Origin: Anthoceros angustus
Lineage: Eukaryota > Plantae > Anthocerotophyta
DNA length: 64,000 nucleotides
Assembly (NCBI GenBank): GCA_010909165.1
Contig: MU008159.1
Location: 1,054,001-1,118,000 of the forward strand
Direction: 5' to 3'
This document shows positions 36,968 through 48,571 of this stretch, in pieces (position 1 is the stretch's first letter; each line of letters opens with the position of its first letter). Both the position numbers and the translations under genes were made by a program. The notes under the pieces were generated by a model. The model made no database searches and was not told where the DNA came from. It saw nothing but the letters and a program-made list of their open reading frames with translations.

Positions 36968-37759
36968 TGACTTTCGAATACCTCCAGTGGCAGAGTGAGG
37001 CAAACATTGTCCTGTTACAGTAAGAGGTCTTCTGAGCAGGTCAGTTCGTGCTTCTTGCATTATGTGCCCACAAGGAGGACTTCCATTGCCAATGGACATT
37101 TCCCACGTTCTGTGCGGCGCTCTTTTTAAGTGGGAAACGGTGCTTGTATCTTTCAGGACGGCCAGTGTGGACGGCTGGGGTTGTCTTGTCGTGCTACTCT
37201 GCCGAACTACTGTAACTGACTCCTTCGCAACGATAATTACCACTTCGATGTATAGTGCTGAAATTCCTGGCCGGTAATACATTCAATTGGTGTCAAGCAC
37301 AGCAGGAAGACCTTCGAGTCCTACCTCTGAACCGGATAGGGAATCGTTGAGCTATGTTTCTGAATGACACTTGAATGGCTGGTCCAACGCATTTCTTATG
37401 AGTTCTCTGTGATAGTGTGGCAAATCGATCCAACACTGGACTTCAAGTTGATGAGAGCATGAAGATGCAAGTGCCACAGGCTGTGATTGAAGGGGCTAGC
37501 AGCTGAAATCTAGAGATGTATGGACACATGCTGTCGACAGTCAGAAGTTCATCCTGCCAGTGGGAAGCACACGCTTTACACTCGTCCAACTAGTCGAGTC
37601 CCATACAGAAGTAGCATTCGCCTGAGAACATGCCAAGAACACTACATTGAAAGCACAAGGACAATTCCAGCATGAGGAAACAAAGTCTGAAATTCCTCTC
37701 CCTGAAAACACATTGGAGGGGCTGCACCAACACAGACGTGCGGTTGGGCATGGGGCATT

Positions 37760-38000
37760 CGCAGTCTTGCCCAGCAGCTACAGCGAAAAAGGACTTCTAA
37801 GTTAAAACAGCTGTACCACCGATGTACCACCAAACTATTCACACGTACCAAGAAGCTCAGATTTCCTTACCGACTGAAGTCATATTTTTGTCCGATCATG
37901 CATCAGGCTTTGTGAGTTGCGATTTGGTGTCGCCAGTAGATGCTGGTCCTGGTCACTGTCGCTTTCCACTATTTCTTCTTCACCCTCACCAAAGTCTCCT
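37760..38000 (-). pseudogene. Duplicated last exon and 3' UTR of the DeSI gene
   Basis: DFGEGEEEIVESDSDQDQHLLATPNRNSQSLMHDRTKI*, matching ~40900-41125. Confidence 0.8.
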
Positions 38001-39379
38001 TGGCTGCTATGAGGGCTACTTCTAGTTTTCCACTTTTGCGGCAGCCTCTTTTGCTTGCTACATCCATTCTTCTCTCGTATCAATCGTTTTCAGCAACTTA
38101 GCAGCCAATCCATCTACTTGCTCCCTGTGGTTCTCAACCTCTGTTTGGATCTCGCTGGCCTCCCGGACCAAAGCCTTCATTCTCCCTTCCAACTCCAACA
38201 TCTTTACCTTAGCAGCCCTTATATTTTCTTGGCTCCTAGCCTCTCTCTCTCTCTCGTGCTGCTGCCTCCCGGACCTTGCTGGTCCTCAACTCCCCCAGGT
38301 CTTCCACCAAGGTACTAGCCATCCTTGTGGCTTCCTTCACATCCAGCCGGCTCAAACGCCCACATAGCTGGAGCACGTCTCCTAACATACCCAGTTCAAG
38401 CCTCATGGCCTGTGCTCCTACCGGTCCATAACTCTCGGGGACCACATCCCCTACTATGGTCCTCTAGTACCCTTTGGAGCCAACCTAGCCCCCTTTGGAG
38501 CCAACCTTCTCCTAGGCTCTCTCCTAGGCACCGCCTTAGCACGACCTCCAGCACTTATCTCAACAATGGGGCCCCTTGGTCCCATTGTGGCCAAATTTCC
38601 TCCAATGTAACGAGCTCCACTACACTTCTTTTTACTCCTTCTCCCCAAGTAGGTTCCTCCCCTACTGGCGTAGGGACCTCTATCCTAGCCTCTTCTTCTT
38701 GGTGCTCTGTCTGCACACCTTCCTCCGTAGGTCCCTAACTGTGGACGGACTTTCGCTGATGGACCAGCCGGGCGCACACTAATCCCGTGTCGTGTAGTAT
38801 GGGTTCGAGGCCAAGGAATGGGTTCGCTCTTTTTGCTTACTATTCACCAACTCCGGATTCATAATTGATCCGGGCTGCTACCGTAACCAACACTGTATCA
38901 CCGATTCCACTTGGTTACGAGGGTGGGCGGCTCACCTTTCTTGCGATCCACTAGTCCGGCCACTATCGCTGCCCAACGACGCCGCCGGACCGCGACGCGC
39001 GCGCAACGTGACCCCCGACCAGGCGCTACTATGGTAAGTTGAACTTGGAGTGGGTGATTCATGTTGCATACGCTTGTATTGCGGGTGTGGTTTTCTACAT
39101 AATTTGGTATGCTAGGTGCATGTGCAAGCCGCTGGTGCTGGATTGCCATACACACCGGTTGCTAACTCGATGAGCGCACATGTTGAGGTGGTTTCTGCAT
39201 AAGGACGATAACCATCAATGGGTGGCATCAATTAGCTTGATCTTTGGGCTGTGGTCAGTATCCCAGATGGTGATGGTTCTTTGTCACTGTTTTTGAAGCT
39301 TGTGGTATCAACGGTGTTTCTGAAACCTACGGTTTAAAGAGACTCGCAACACTGTTGACACCACATGTGTTTGAGATAC

Positions 39380-39560
39380 GCAAGGAGACATCTGCCATGC
39401 GGACCACTGCTACAAGGTCACAGAAATGCCACCCATTCAAATAGTCGACGGTTGTCGTCCGAATGCAGCACGAACCTGAACATGTGCATTTCATCCAGTT
39501 CAGCAATCATTCTCCATGCGAGGCAATCCATCACCAGCGTGCTCTGCACATTGCGTGTGG
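39380..39560 (-). pseudogene. Diverged fragment of the SPOC-like ORF
   Basis: DCLAWRMIAELDEMHMFRFVLHSDDNRRLFEWVAF...LLAYLK vs ECLEWRPADELDQTMLSKIVLYSDDNRRLYKWVQF...LLAYLK. Confidence 0.7.
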
Positions 39561-40059
39561 CATATAAGATTATAAGGCCACAACCGGGCAATACAATTAC
39601 TCGAATGGATCGCCAATCAGATGGCACTTACAGTTGGATTGAGATGGGCACTTGGGACCCACGTACTTTGGTAATTACCCGTCTTTCGCATCCTTACCTG
39701 GGAAGTTCGTATACAGAAGTTGCCGCGTACGAGTGGAGACTTGGTGTCTGCTATGGGCATTGCACACACCATGAGCTTGAGCTTGAGCTTGAGCTTGAGC
39801 TTGAGCTTGAGCTTGAGGCCAGGGCAGCAAAACTTGAGATGGCAACACATAAAACGGGAAAACTATGCAGCGGCTTCAGTATTTTACCCCTCCAGCTGCA
39901 GGCACCTGGATTGGATGATCCTTCCTGTCTTGAAAGTGCTTTTCAAAAATCGGCAGTAGTAGGAGAAGAATTATCCAACAACAACAACAGGTATGATACA
40001 TGTTTTATGTTCATGGATGTTTTTTCTTGCCACCATGTTCTATACCTTGTTCGCAGTTC

Positions 40060-40232
40060 TTCACCCAGAAGTTGCACTGCAGATATGGCAACCACAAAAT
40101 TCTGCACACCTGCAAGCATGAGCCGTTGATACAGCTGCCAGCTGACACGTCTGAGTCTGAATGCCAGTTGCTGGAGATGGAAGTAGAGGATTGCAGGAAT
40201 ATTCTCATCTCAAAGTTTGCGAGAAACTTGGT
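40060..40232 (+). pseudogene. SKIP24-like exon 3 fragment
   Basis: VALQIWQPQ...HEPLIQLPADTSESECQLLEMEVEDCRN. Confidence 0.7.
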
Positions 40233-41009
40233 AAAGGTTTTCTTCTGTAACATTGCATGCTGATTCAGATCTATCCTTGCTCATACCTCCTACTCGTCCA
40301 ACTAGTCTAGTCCCATACAGAAGTAGCACTCGCCTGAGAACATGCCAAGAACACTGCATTGGAAGCACAAGAACACTACCAGCATGAGGAAACAAAGTCT
40401 GAAATTCCTCCACCTGAAAATACATTGGAAGGGCTGCACCAACACAGACGTGCGGTTGGGCGCGTGGTGCATGCTGACGGATGTTCGAGTGGATGTCCCG
40501 TCCCGCAACCGAAGGACGATCCTTCTCCGTGATAACGTCACGTTAGTGGCCTTGGAGTATCGATTTACAGGACGTGCACTGCGCTAGGCGCGTCAGGTAC
40601 TACACAAGGGGTACATTAAGAAGGGGAACAAACGAAAGAATGCAGGACGGTGTTTGAGTGGTGAGGAATTGGAATTGGATTTAAAATACGACAGCTACTG
40701 GATCACCTTTGGCAAGATGATCCAGCTCATAACTGCAGATTTCGAACGAGAGAAAGGCAGATGTGGCAACCACACACACTCGTAGATGCTGTGTGACAGG
40801 GTACTCTGGATGACTGCTGGAAAGAGATCGCCAAAAGGCCCGTAGAAAAGAGATCACGCTGTCAACTTCCAGACGAGCGCTAGTGACGACGGCATCCCTT
40901 CACAGTCTTGCCCAGCAGCTACAGCGAAAAAGGACTTATGAGTTAAAACAGCTGTACCACCAAACGATTCACAAGTAGCGAGAAGCTCAGATTTCCTTAC
41001 CGACTGAAG

Positions 41010-42410
41010 TCATATTTTTGTCCGATCATGCAACAGGCTTTGTGAGTCGCCATTTGGTGTCGCCAGTAGACGCTGGTCCTGGTCACTGTCGCTCTCCACT
41101 ATTTCTTTTTCACCCTCACCAAAGTCTACAGGGCCCTCAGATGCAGAGTTGATCAACCCAAGGAAACCACACATTCAAAGTTAGATGCACAAAAAAAAAA
41201 GAATTTCTAAGGCCGTGCTGGTAAAACAAAATACGTAGGCCAAACGAAAGAAGCAAAGCCTGATAAACACCCAGATATGTGTCACAACAAGCAGACGGGC
41301 TGGCAATAGAAGCCTCACCCTTGCTGGGGAAAGGAAGAACAGATTTGGACAAACATCAGACAAAACGCCTAACAGGACCTACGGGAGTGTAGAATTGGAC
41401 GCCTGCACACCTTCATATCCCTGAAACTCAGGAGTATGTCTGACCGCATTGACCTGAAGGCTTTCTGGCAATAAACAATTGCAAAACCATCCTGTCACAT
41501 CACATACCATGGAAGAAATATTAGCCACTCTCTGCAGAGGATGCATGACATTGAACCAGCCGATGGGTGGCCAGTATCTGCAGACGTTTGTATAGCAATC
41601 CAGCGGTGTCAACCAACCAACCAGAAACAAAAATCAAATGCATCCGAGACAGCTAGCATGCTCGTGTCCACAGGCGTTTGGGAACATCTAATACTGTACC
41701 ATACCTATTCGTGCAAGACGATTTACCCATCCTGGTATGGGATTGCCAGTCAGGCGAGTGGAGATATCATCTGAGAAATGGTTGCAGTTCTTTGCGATGA
41801 GATGGTAAGTATCGCCATTGTAATCTGCAGCACACTGTCCTACAAATGTCCTGAACTCAGAGGGATCTAGAGTAGTAGTTCCCAGGAGAATAGTTTTCCT
41901 GTAGGTGAATCCTGGGCACCCCCGAGGCTCTACCTCAAAAACACCACTTGATGGAAACTCATGCGCACCAAATGCATACTCTACGCCATGAGCTGCATCC
42001 GAGTGACAGCCAAGGTGAAAGTCAAAAGAGTGAGTTCAAGGAGACAGCAACACTTTATGCTGGTCACTGTCCATCCTTGGCAAGACAAAAATCATCAGGG
42101 ACGTAACCCCAACTGGATGGCATACACTCCACTTATCAGGCAGCTCTAACCGAAGGCATCCCTACCAAACCAACCAAGATAAGACTCTCTTCAAGACGAG
42201 AGGCGTACAAGCAACAGAAACAGATTTAGAAGAGTAGTAACAACAAGATAAGCACATAGGGGACGCACCTTCCACACCCGAATGGAAGATCCCAAGACCA
42301 AACCAATAGAAGTAGCCGTTTAACGGAGTCAGATCATAAACATTGAGGTAGATTGGGACCCATCTGGTCTGATCGGATCCACATGTGGGCACACTTGTCC
42401 TCAGACTCAT
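41010..42410 (-). CDS. DeSI-like / PPPDE (C97) peptidase, 4 exons: 42410-42269, 41992-41705, 41491-41411, 41125-41010
   Basis: YLNVYDLTP..GLGIFHSGVEAHGVEYAFGAH; catalytic YHLIAKNCNHF; IPGWVNRLARIG; CNCLLPESL; canonical splice sites in frame. Confidence 0.93.
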
Positions 42411-43461
42411 CACTTCACAGGCGAGATCTACAGCATCTACGAGTGATAGACCTGCTTGCTCGTGGATTCCACCGGCCAATGACAGAAGAGTGAAACCGAC
42501 GTGGCCAGCATGGAATAGTGTGGACTCCTGCCCCTTGCGACGACCTGCTTCATTCCTACTTCACAAGCTCCAACCACCTCCGCCTAGAGTCCACTGTCAG
42601 TCATGCTCGTGAGCCCCTGTCTGAGCTCAGGCGTGGTTCCCGCAACTACCGCCTAGCTCTGGGCAGAGCACAAACTTCCTTGCATTGCCTCACCTGTTTG
42701 CTTCTCACACAGCCCAGCTTGCGCATGCTTGACACTCTCTGCCGACGGACGCTTTTGATGGGGGGATTTCCAACACAGAGGACTTTCGTTGATCGTCGCT
42801 TGTAAACCTCCAAACTAACCACTAACCAGAGTTATCCCGTCGTCTGCCCTCCACTGGACCTTGTACAGTCGATGGGCTCACTGGGCTCTCACGCAAGCTG
42901 GGTGATTCCACTGCACGCATGTTTGAGACGAAGCGTTTTGTGGATAAGAAGTCTATCCATCCTGGCTTCTATCACATTTGCGTGAGGCGACGGTGTACGA
43001 GCTACTTATTTTCCTGACATACTCTGCAGCCTCATGTTGGGCAGGTGGAACTGAAGAGCACTTCGTGAGCATATCGTTGCCAGGAAGGAGGACATGACCT
43101 GGTATTCACGGTGCAATCATCATGTTTCCACTTTCCCGGTTATCCGTGCTTCACTTGGGTGATTCAACAATCTTGGTCCTCGGTTTAGACGTCAGTTGGG
43201 GTCACTGCCTTCCGGATAGATCACTTGGTCAACACATTGTCTGAAACCGCACTTCGTCGTGCCAAAACCCAAAGCCCTAAGGCTGGCGGAATCAGCTGTC
43301 AAAACTCTGGGAGATGGCAAGGACTGGATGCGCTGTGTCAGGAAGTGATCTGTTGGTGACGAGAACAGTTTCCTCGGAATGATCTCCCTGTCTGCTGAAG
43401 GAGGCTCTGTGTTCCGGATCAGAACAAATGCGTCAGGACCGAGCTGGATTCAGTGGGCGCA

Positions 43462-46400
43462 ATGGTGCCTCGGAGGCTTCTTGTGTGGGAGCGGCTGCTG
43501 TGTTTTAGGGCATCGTGTGCTTGCTGGAGTGTCCCGTGTACAGGAAAGTCCCCAGCAACGGCACGTATTCGTGTCTTCTCTTCCAGTTCTCTGCAAACAG
43601 GTAGGTTATCCTCGAAGTTTTCCTTCTGCTCCAAACCTGTTAGCCAGCAAGATTAAAAAGCAATATTTGATTGCTGCCCCTGGTGTTTGTGGGCAATCTT
43701 CTGTTGGGAGGATTTTCAGTGGCTCTAGTTTTGGTGAATGTTAGGAAATACGAATGGGACAACCGTGTCCAAGATATCTCGGCAAGTCTCAAATGCCATC
43801 AAGCTTGGACAAGAGGATGTGGCTGCTAAGCTTATCCAGTCTTTCCCTGCCCTACATGAGTCGCCATCGGCTGTCTTTTGCAACTATATTCTGAACAGCT
43901 GTGCACTCTCATGCAATTCCAAGGTACTTCAGTGGCTTGTTAGTCTACTTGAAAGGGTTACTCTAGCAGTCGTGTAATCAGCAACCTGATCAGCCATGTT
44001 GTACGCTTGATTGCAGATGGCAAAGCTTGTTTGTGCCTACATGTTACAGGAGGGGGTCACCATGAATGAAGTATCTTATGCTTGCTTCCTTCGTGCTCTT
44101 TGCCGAGACAATCAAGTGGATGAGGTGCCTGCCGGTTCTTCAATGGTTACCTTGTTGTAAGGAACCTTGTTTGTGAACACACTTTGCTCACTTGATCCAT
44201 CATTGCCGTATGGCAACCTAATGGATTTCCTGCAGGCAGTGTTTTTGCTGGAATCACTTGGCAAGGGCGAAAGATTAGTGCTACCAAACATCATAATGTG
44301 CAACATTGTGCTCAACGGGTGTTTTCATGCCAAAAACAAGCTGCTGGCGGATAGATGTTTGAAAGTGATGAATAAATCAGGAGTGCAGCGAGATGAGATG
44401 ACCTACGTGGAACTTATGAAGGTAGATTTCTCTACTGCTATGGTTTCTTGCCTTTTCCTTTCAGTCAATTGACTCCAGATTGACCTGTATAACTCATGGT
44501 GTTGTGGTCTGGGCACAGCTCTCAGGGTTGCTTCAAGACTTTGATGGGATCAGTAAGTGGTGGGAGGAACTTGTGAAGATTTGTGAACCAAGCCCTTCCT
44601 CTCGGTGTGTTCTAATAGTAGCCCTATGCCGAACAAAGTCTTTAACCGAAGCGTTAGCAGCTATGCAGGATATGTCAGATGCTGTTGTCCAGAACAAAGT
44701 CGGCACACGCCTTCCAGGCAAAAAACTACGCATTGTCTCAGACACTCTCAGGGTTTCATCTCGATCTATTGATGTAAGCAAGCAATCGAAGGTGGATACA
44801 GAGATGGCGGACAGGGCACAGTGGAGTAAGAGGATTTTGGATTGTTCTCTGGAGGCTTGTGAGAATTTGATGGGTTTTGAGGGGTGGGAAGTGCGAAAGG
44901 AGCTGCAGGATTCCATGAATGCCCTTATTAATGCAGCTGGGCATGGTGGAGAGCATTTGGTTGCTGAATCCTTGTTTTCAGAGGTACCCACAACAGAATC
45001 ACTGAATCAACTGAACGCCAGCATGCTGTCAGACTCTCTATTTGCTGGTGTTGTATGGCCTTCAATTCAACAAAATGCTGCAGATATCTTGACAGCAACT
45101 GCTGAATTAACCATAGCTTGATCAACGTTCACAGATGCGAAGCTTGGGCCTGAGATTGAGCATCTACACATACAATGCTCTTTTGAGGGCTGTTGTCAAA
45201 GGACGAGGGGTGCAACATGGCCTTAGAATTGTAAGCTCTTTTATTTTCTGGAAACGTCTGGGGCTGATCTTCCTATCTGAGGAACATTTTAGGATCATGC
45301 TGGTCCCATCATTTGTGTTTTGATTGTATATTTGGGTCAGGTCACGGATTTTTACCGCAGATTCGAAGTATGGAAGCAACAGGAGTTACACCAGACACGT
45401 GTACATTTACTGCACTTCTAGACGGATATTGTCTGGAGGACGAACTTGAGAAGGCAGAGTCTTTGCTTTACAGAATGCAAGAAGGCAGGCCCAGTCAGTG
45501 GCCTTCTAGGTTTACATATAATATCCTCCTTAAAGCGTGTGTTAGGAGAGTGAGTACCACTGCAATCTGTATCTTCAGCCTGCTAGTAGATGAGGGCGAA
45601 ACTGATCAATCTCATTGTGCAGGATGATCCAGAACGAGCACTGCGGATTTTTGCAAGGATGAAAGAAGCAGATGTGGTACCTGATACTTGTACGTACATA
45701 GCTTTGCTAGGCGTTTGTGGGAACGTGAATTTGGTCATCGAGAGAGACACTAGCTGGTCCAGGCACGAGGTAGTTCAACGATTGATTGCCATCGAGACAG
45801 ATATGGCTCGTTCTGGAGTCCAGCACACTCGCGGATCAGTCTCTGCTCTGGTTAGTGTCTAGTAAGGTGTGTTAGATGTGTTTTTGAGTTTAAGGTCTTG
45901 TGGAACCTTTGCTTGGCTCTTATGTGACACTTTTTTTTGCAAACAGATTAAAGTGCTTGGAGATGAAGGTATGCTAGAACTTCTTATGCAACGTCTTAGG
46001 GCTTTCAGATCCTCTGCCAGTATGTTGGATGCCACGTCCTACAATGCAGCCATGCATGGGTGCGTAAAAGCTCAGCAGGTACTGAACGGGCTCCTGTTTG
46101 ATGCTGCGACACATGTGAACGACTCCTGGTACTAACTACTTTGTGTCCCTGGCAGCTGGATGCAGCACTGGAAATCTACTCTGAAATGAGATCTTTGGGA
46201 GTAAACCCGGACCGGGAAACATACAACATCCTGATTGATGTGTGTTCTTACAAGAAATCTCTCTCACGGGCGTTCGAGCTAGTGGATGCCATGCAACGGG
46301 AAGGCATCAAACCTGACCTTGTAACCTACAACACTCTTATTAAGGTACAGAAACGGTGAGAGTGTTTGGTTAGAAATGTGCATGCGACTAGTCCAATGGT

Positions 46401-47013
46401 GGTACTTTGTAGAAGATCTGAGTTGCTCTTACTTGTTTGTCAGGTGACTTGCCATTCCGGAGAGTTGGATGTAGGCTTAAACATGCTGAACACAATGCGG
46501 TCACATGATGTACATCCTGATGTTCGCACATACAACACAATCCTCTCATCGGCAGCCTATCATGTTAGTTCTAATACAGCTCTGTTCTCGAGGGTGCATT
46601 ATTATGAACAAGATGTGTCCCTGATGTGGTTTCTGTACATGCAGAAGCGGATTGATCTGACCGAGTTTTTGATAGAGGATATGCGGTGTGAGGGTATACA
46701 ACCAGACAATCACTCGTGTTTGCAAGTGGTCAACGCTTACATCAACTGTGGGCAAGATGAGGATGCTGCTGAAGCCTTGCGGGTGGTGTCCTCTCGGATG
46801 CTGTCGCCGCACACAGATGTAAATGTCAGCAGCCCAGATGTAGAAGATGGTAGCTTGCTTGATGATATCCCCCTGGATAACCCCGTCAGCCAGGCTCTCT
46901 ACATCTCCAGGTTAGCTGCCTTCGCTCACGGGAGCGAGGATGGCTGGACACCTGAGCGTAGTTCTTGGGCCTCTCGTATACGCCTCCAATACGAGTCCTC
47001 CATTTCACCGTGA
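43462..47013 (+). CDS. Multi-exon P-class PPR protein, At1g76280-like, probably organelle-targeted
   Basis: PPR motifs in successive exons (PNIIMCNIVL, YTYNALL, PDTCTFTALL, PDRETYNILI, PDLVTYNTLI, PDVRTYNTIL); C-terminal AEALRVVSSRML...WASRI; first exon 43462-43600 resembles a transit peptide. Confidence 0.88.
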
Positions 47014-47300
47014 AGTATTCTCTGTTGTTGGGTGGCTTATTTTGTGGCTTTTCGGAATTTGGGTCCCGTGACGCCTGCGGCTGAAGCACGCTGCCGCCAC
47101 ACAACACGCACGGCCACTGAAAGCAGTATGAATCAATTGGTGAATGTTTTTCCTTGGGGGTACGTGGCTGAGGGGAGGCTCGGAAGGCGCGGAGGAGTCA
47201 TCTCTCCTATGTAATCGAGTCATTGCTAATAAGGTGATCATGTTTTTATCATAAGGGTTTCAATGTTCCAAGGTCCTAGCATGGAATGTCTTACGAATCT

Positions 47301-47463
47301 AGTACGGGAGTGGGCCGGGTCAGTGTTCCGGGTGAGGTAGGTAATATTCAATCCTTGGTTCAATTGATCACAACTTTTTTAGTACGGGAGTGGGCCGGGT
47401 TAGTGTTCCGGGTGAGGTAGGTAATATTCAATCCTTGGTTCAATTGATCACAACTTTTTTAGT
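47301..47463 (+). repeat. 80-bp direct tandem duplication
   Basis: agtacgggagtgggccggg...caactttttt occurs twice. Confidence 0.85.
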
Positions 47464-48571
47464 GCTTCCGCTACGCACACTTTGCCTGTTTTTATTATTT
47501 TATATACTCTCTTCATGCTCACTCTATGTTGTCTATGTATGCACCTTCCATGCAATCTTGGAAGATACAATTTGTGGATGGAGTTGATACTATAAGTTAG
47601 TTCAATCTCTAGAAATAAAAATATTTTATATTATAATATTACTTTATCTATAATAAATGTTTCTGATTTAAATATTGAAATAGGTAGTGAAAGAAGGTCC
47701 CACAGGTCAAGGACAAAGTCACGACTCTAATGAAGGTCTTGACTCTAATGACGATAGTTGACTCTAATGAAGGTCATGACTCTAATGAAGACAGTTGTTC
47801 GGCAAAATTTCCCGCGGAAGTACCGATTAAAGATAACAGATTTTTCACTTTAAATATTGATAAATAAGTATTGAGAAAAGGTAGAAGACGGGGTGATACA
47901 CACACCGATCACAGCCTTCTCTTAGATTTATGCTCAAACATGACAGTGGGTAATGTTAAGACTTACCCTTCTACCGTTTCATGAAGGGTTAGTGAACGTA
48001 CACATGGCTCCTTGTGGCTGGCTGGAGTAGCGGAGTTAAGGGGACCTCAATGGAGCACTTAAGCAATTTACAGAGATGCACTGAAGCAATTTACAGAGAT
48101 GCACTGAAGCAATTTACAAAGATGCACTAATCAATTTCACAGTGTGTGCATAGATGGGCAATAGGTAGCATACATATGCGCATAAGAATGATAAACTATA
48201 GGAATTAAACATTAGCAACAAGTCGCAAGATAAACGAGAAGCTACAACAGTTCAGCAAGCTCTTCAATCACAAGCCTGAGCACACATTAGTCAGCATTGC
48301 AACGGACAGCAAAAAAACTAAATACATGGCAACAAGGTGGCATCCAAGGCTCATGTGCAACACTTATTCTTTTCATTCTTGGTGTGCTCTTTACATGCAC
48401 AAATCTCAAGGTACAACTTTATAGGGGCCAAAGGGCGTATTTGTTGTGGTATCTAAACTTCTTATCTTTTGCTCGGCAAGATATCAGTGCATTCTTCGCG
48501 AGGCGCCTGCTTAGCCTTAGCCCTGAGCCCTGCCTAAACGCACTTTAAAAGTTCTCCATATCAATGGCACG

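Larger units (their letters stand above)
32075..37397. repeat. Right arm of the inverted duplication
   Basis: Reverse complement of 24770-31360. Confidence 0.92.

Noticed and set aside
47295-47335. CTAG plus GC-rich stretch as a Helitron 3' end
   Set aside because: The hairpin is only ~4 bp, the flanking base does not fit an A|T target, and no 5' TC end was identified
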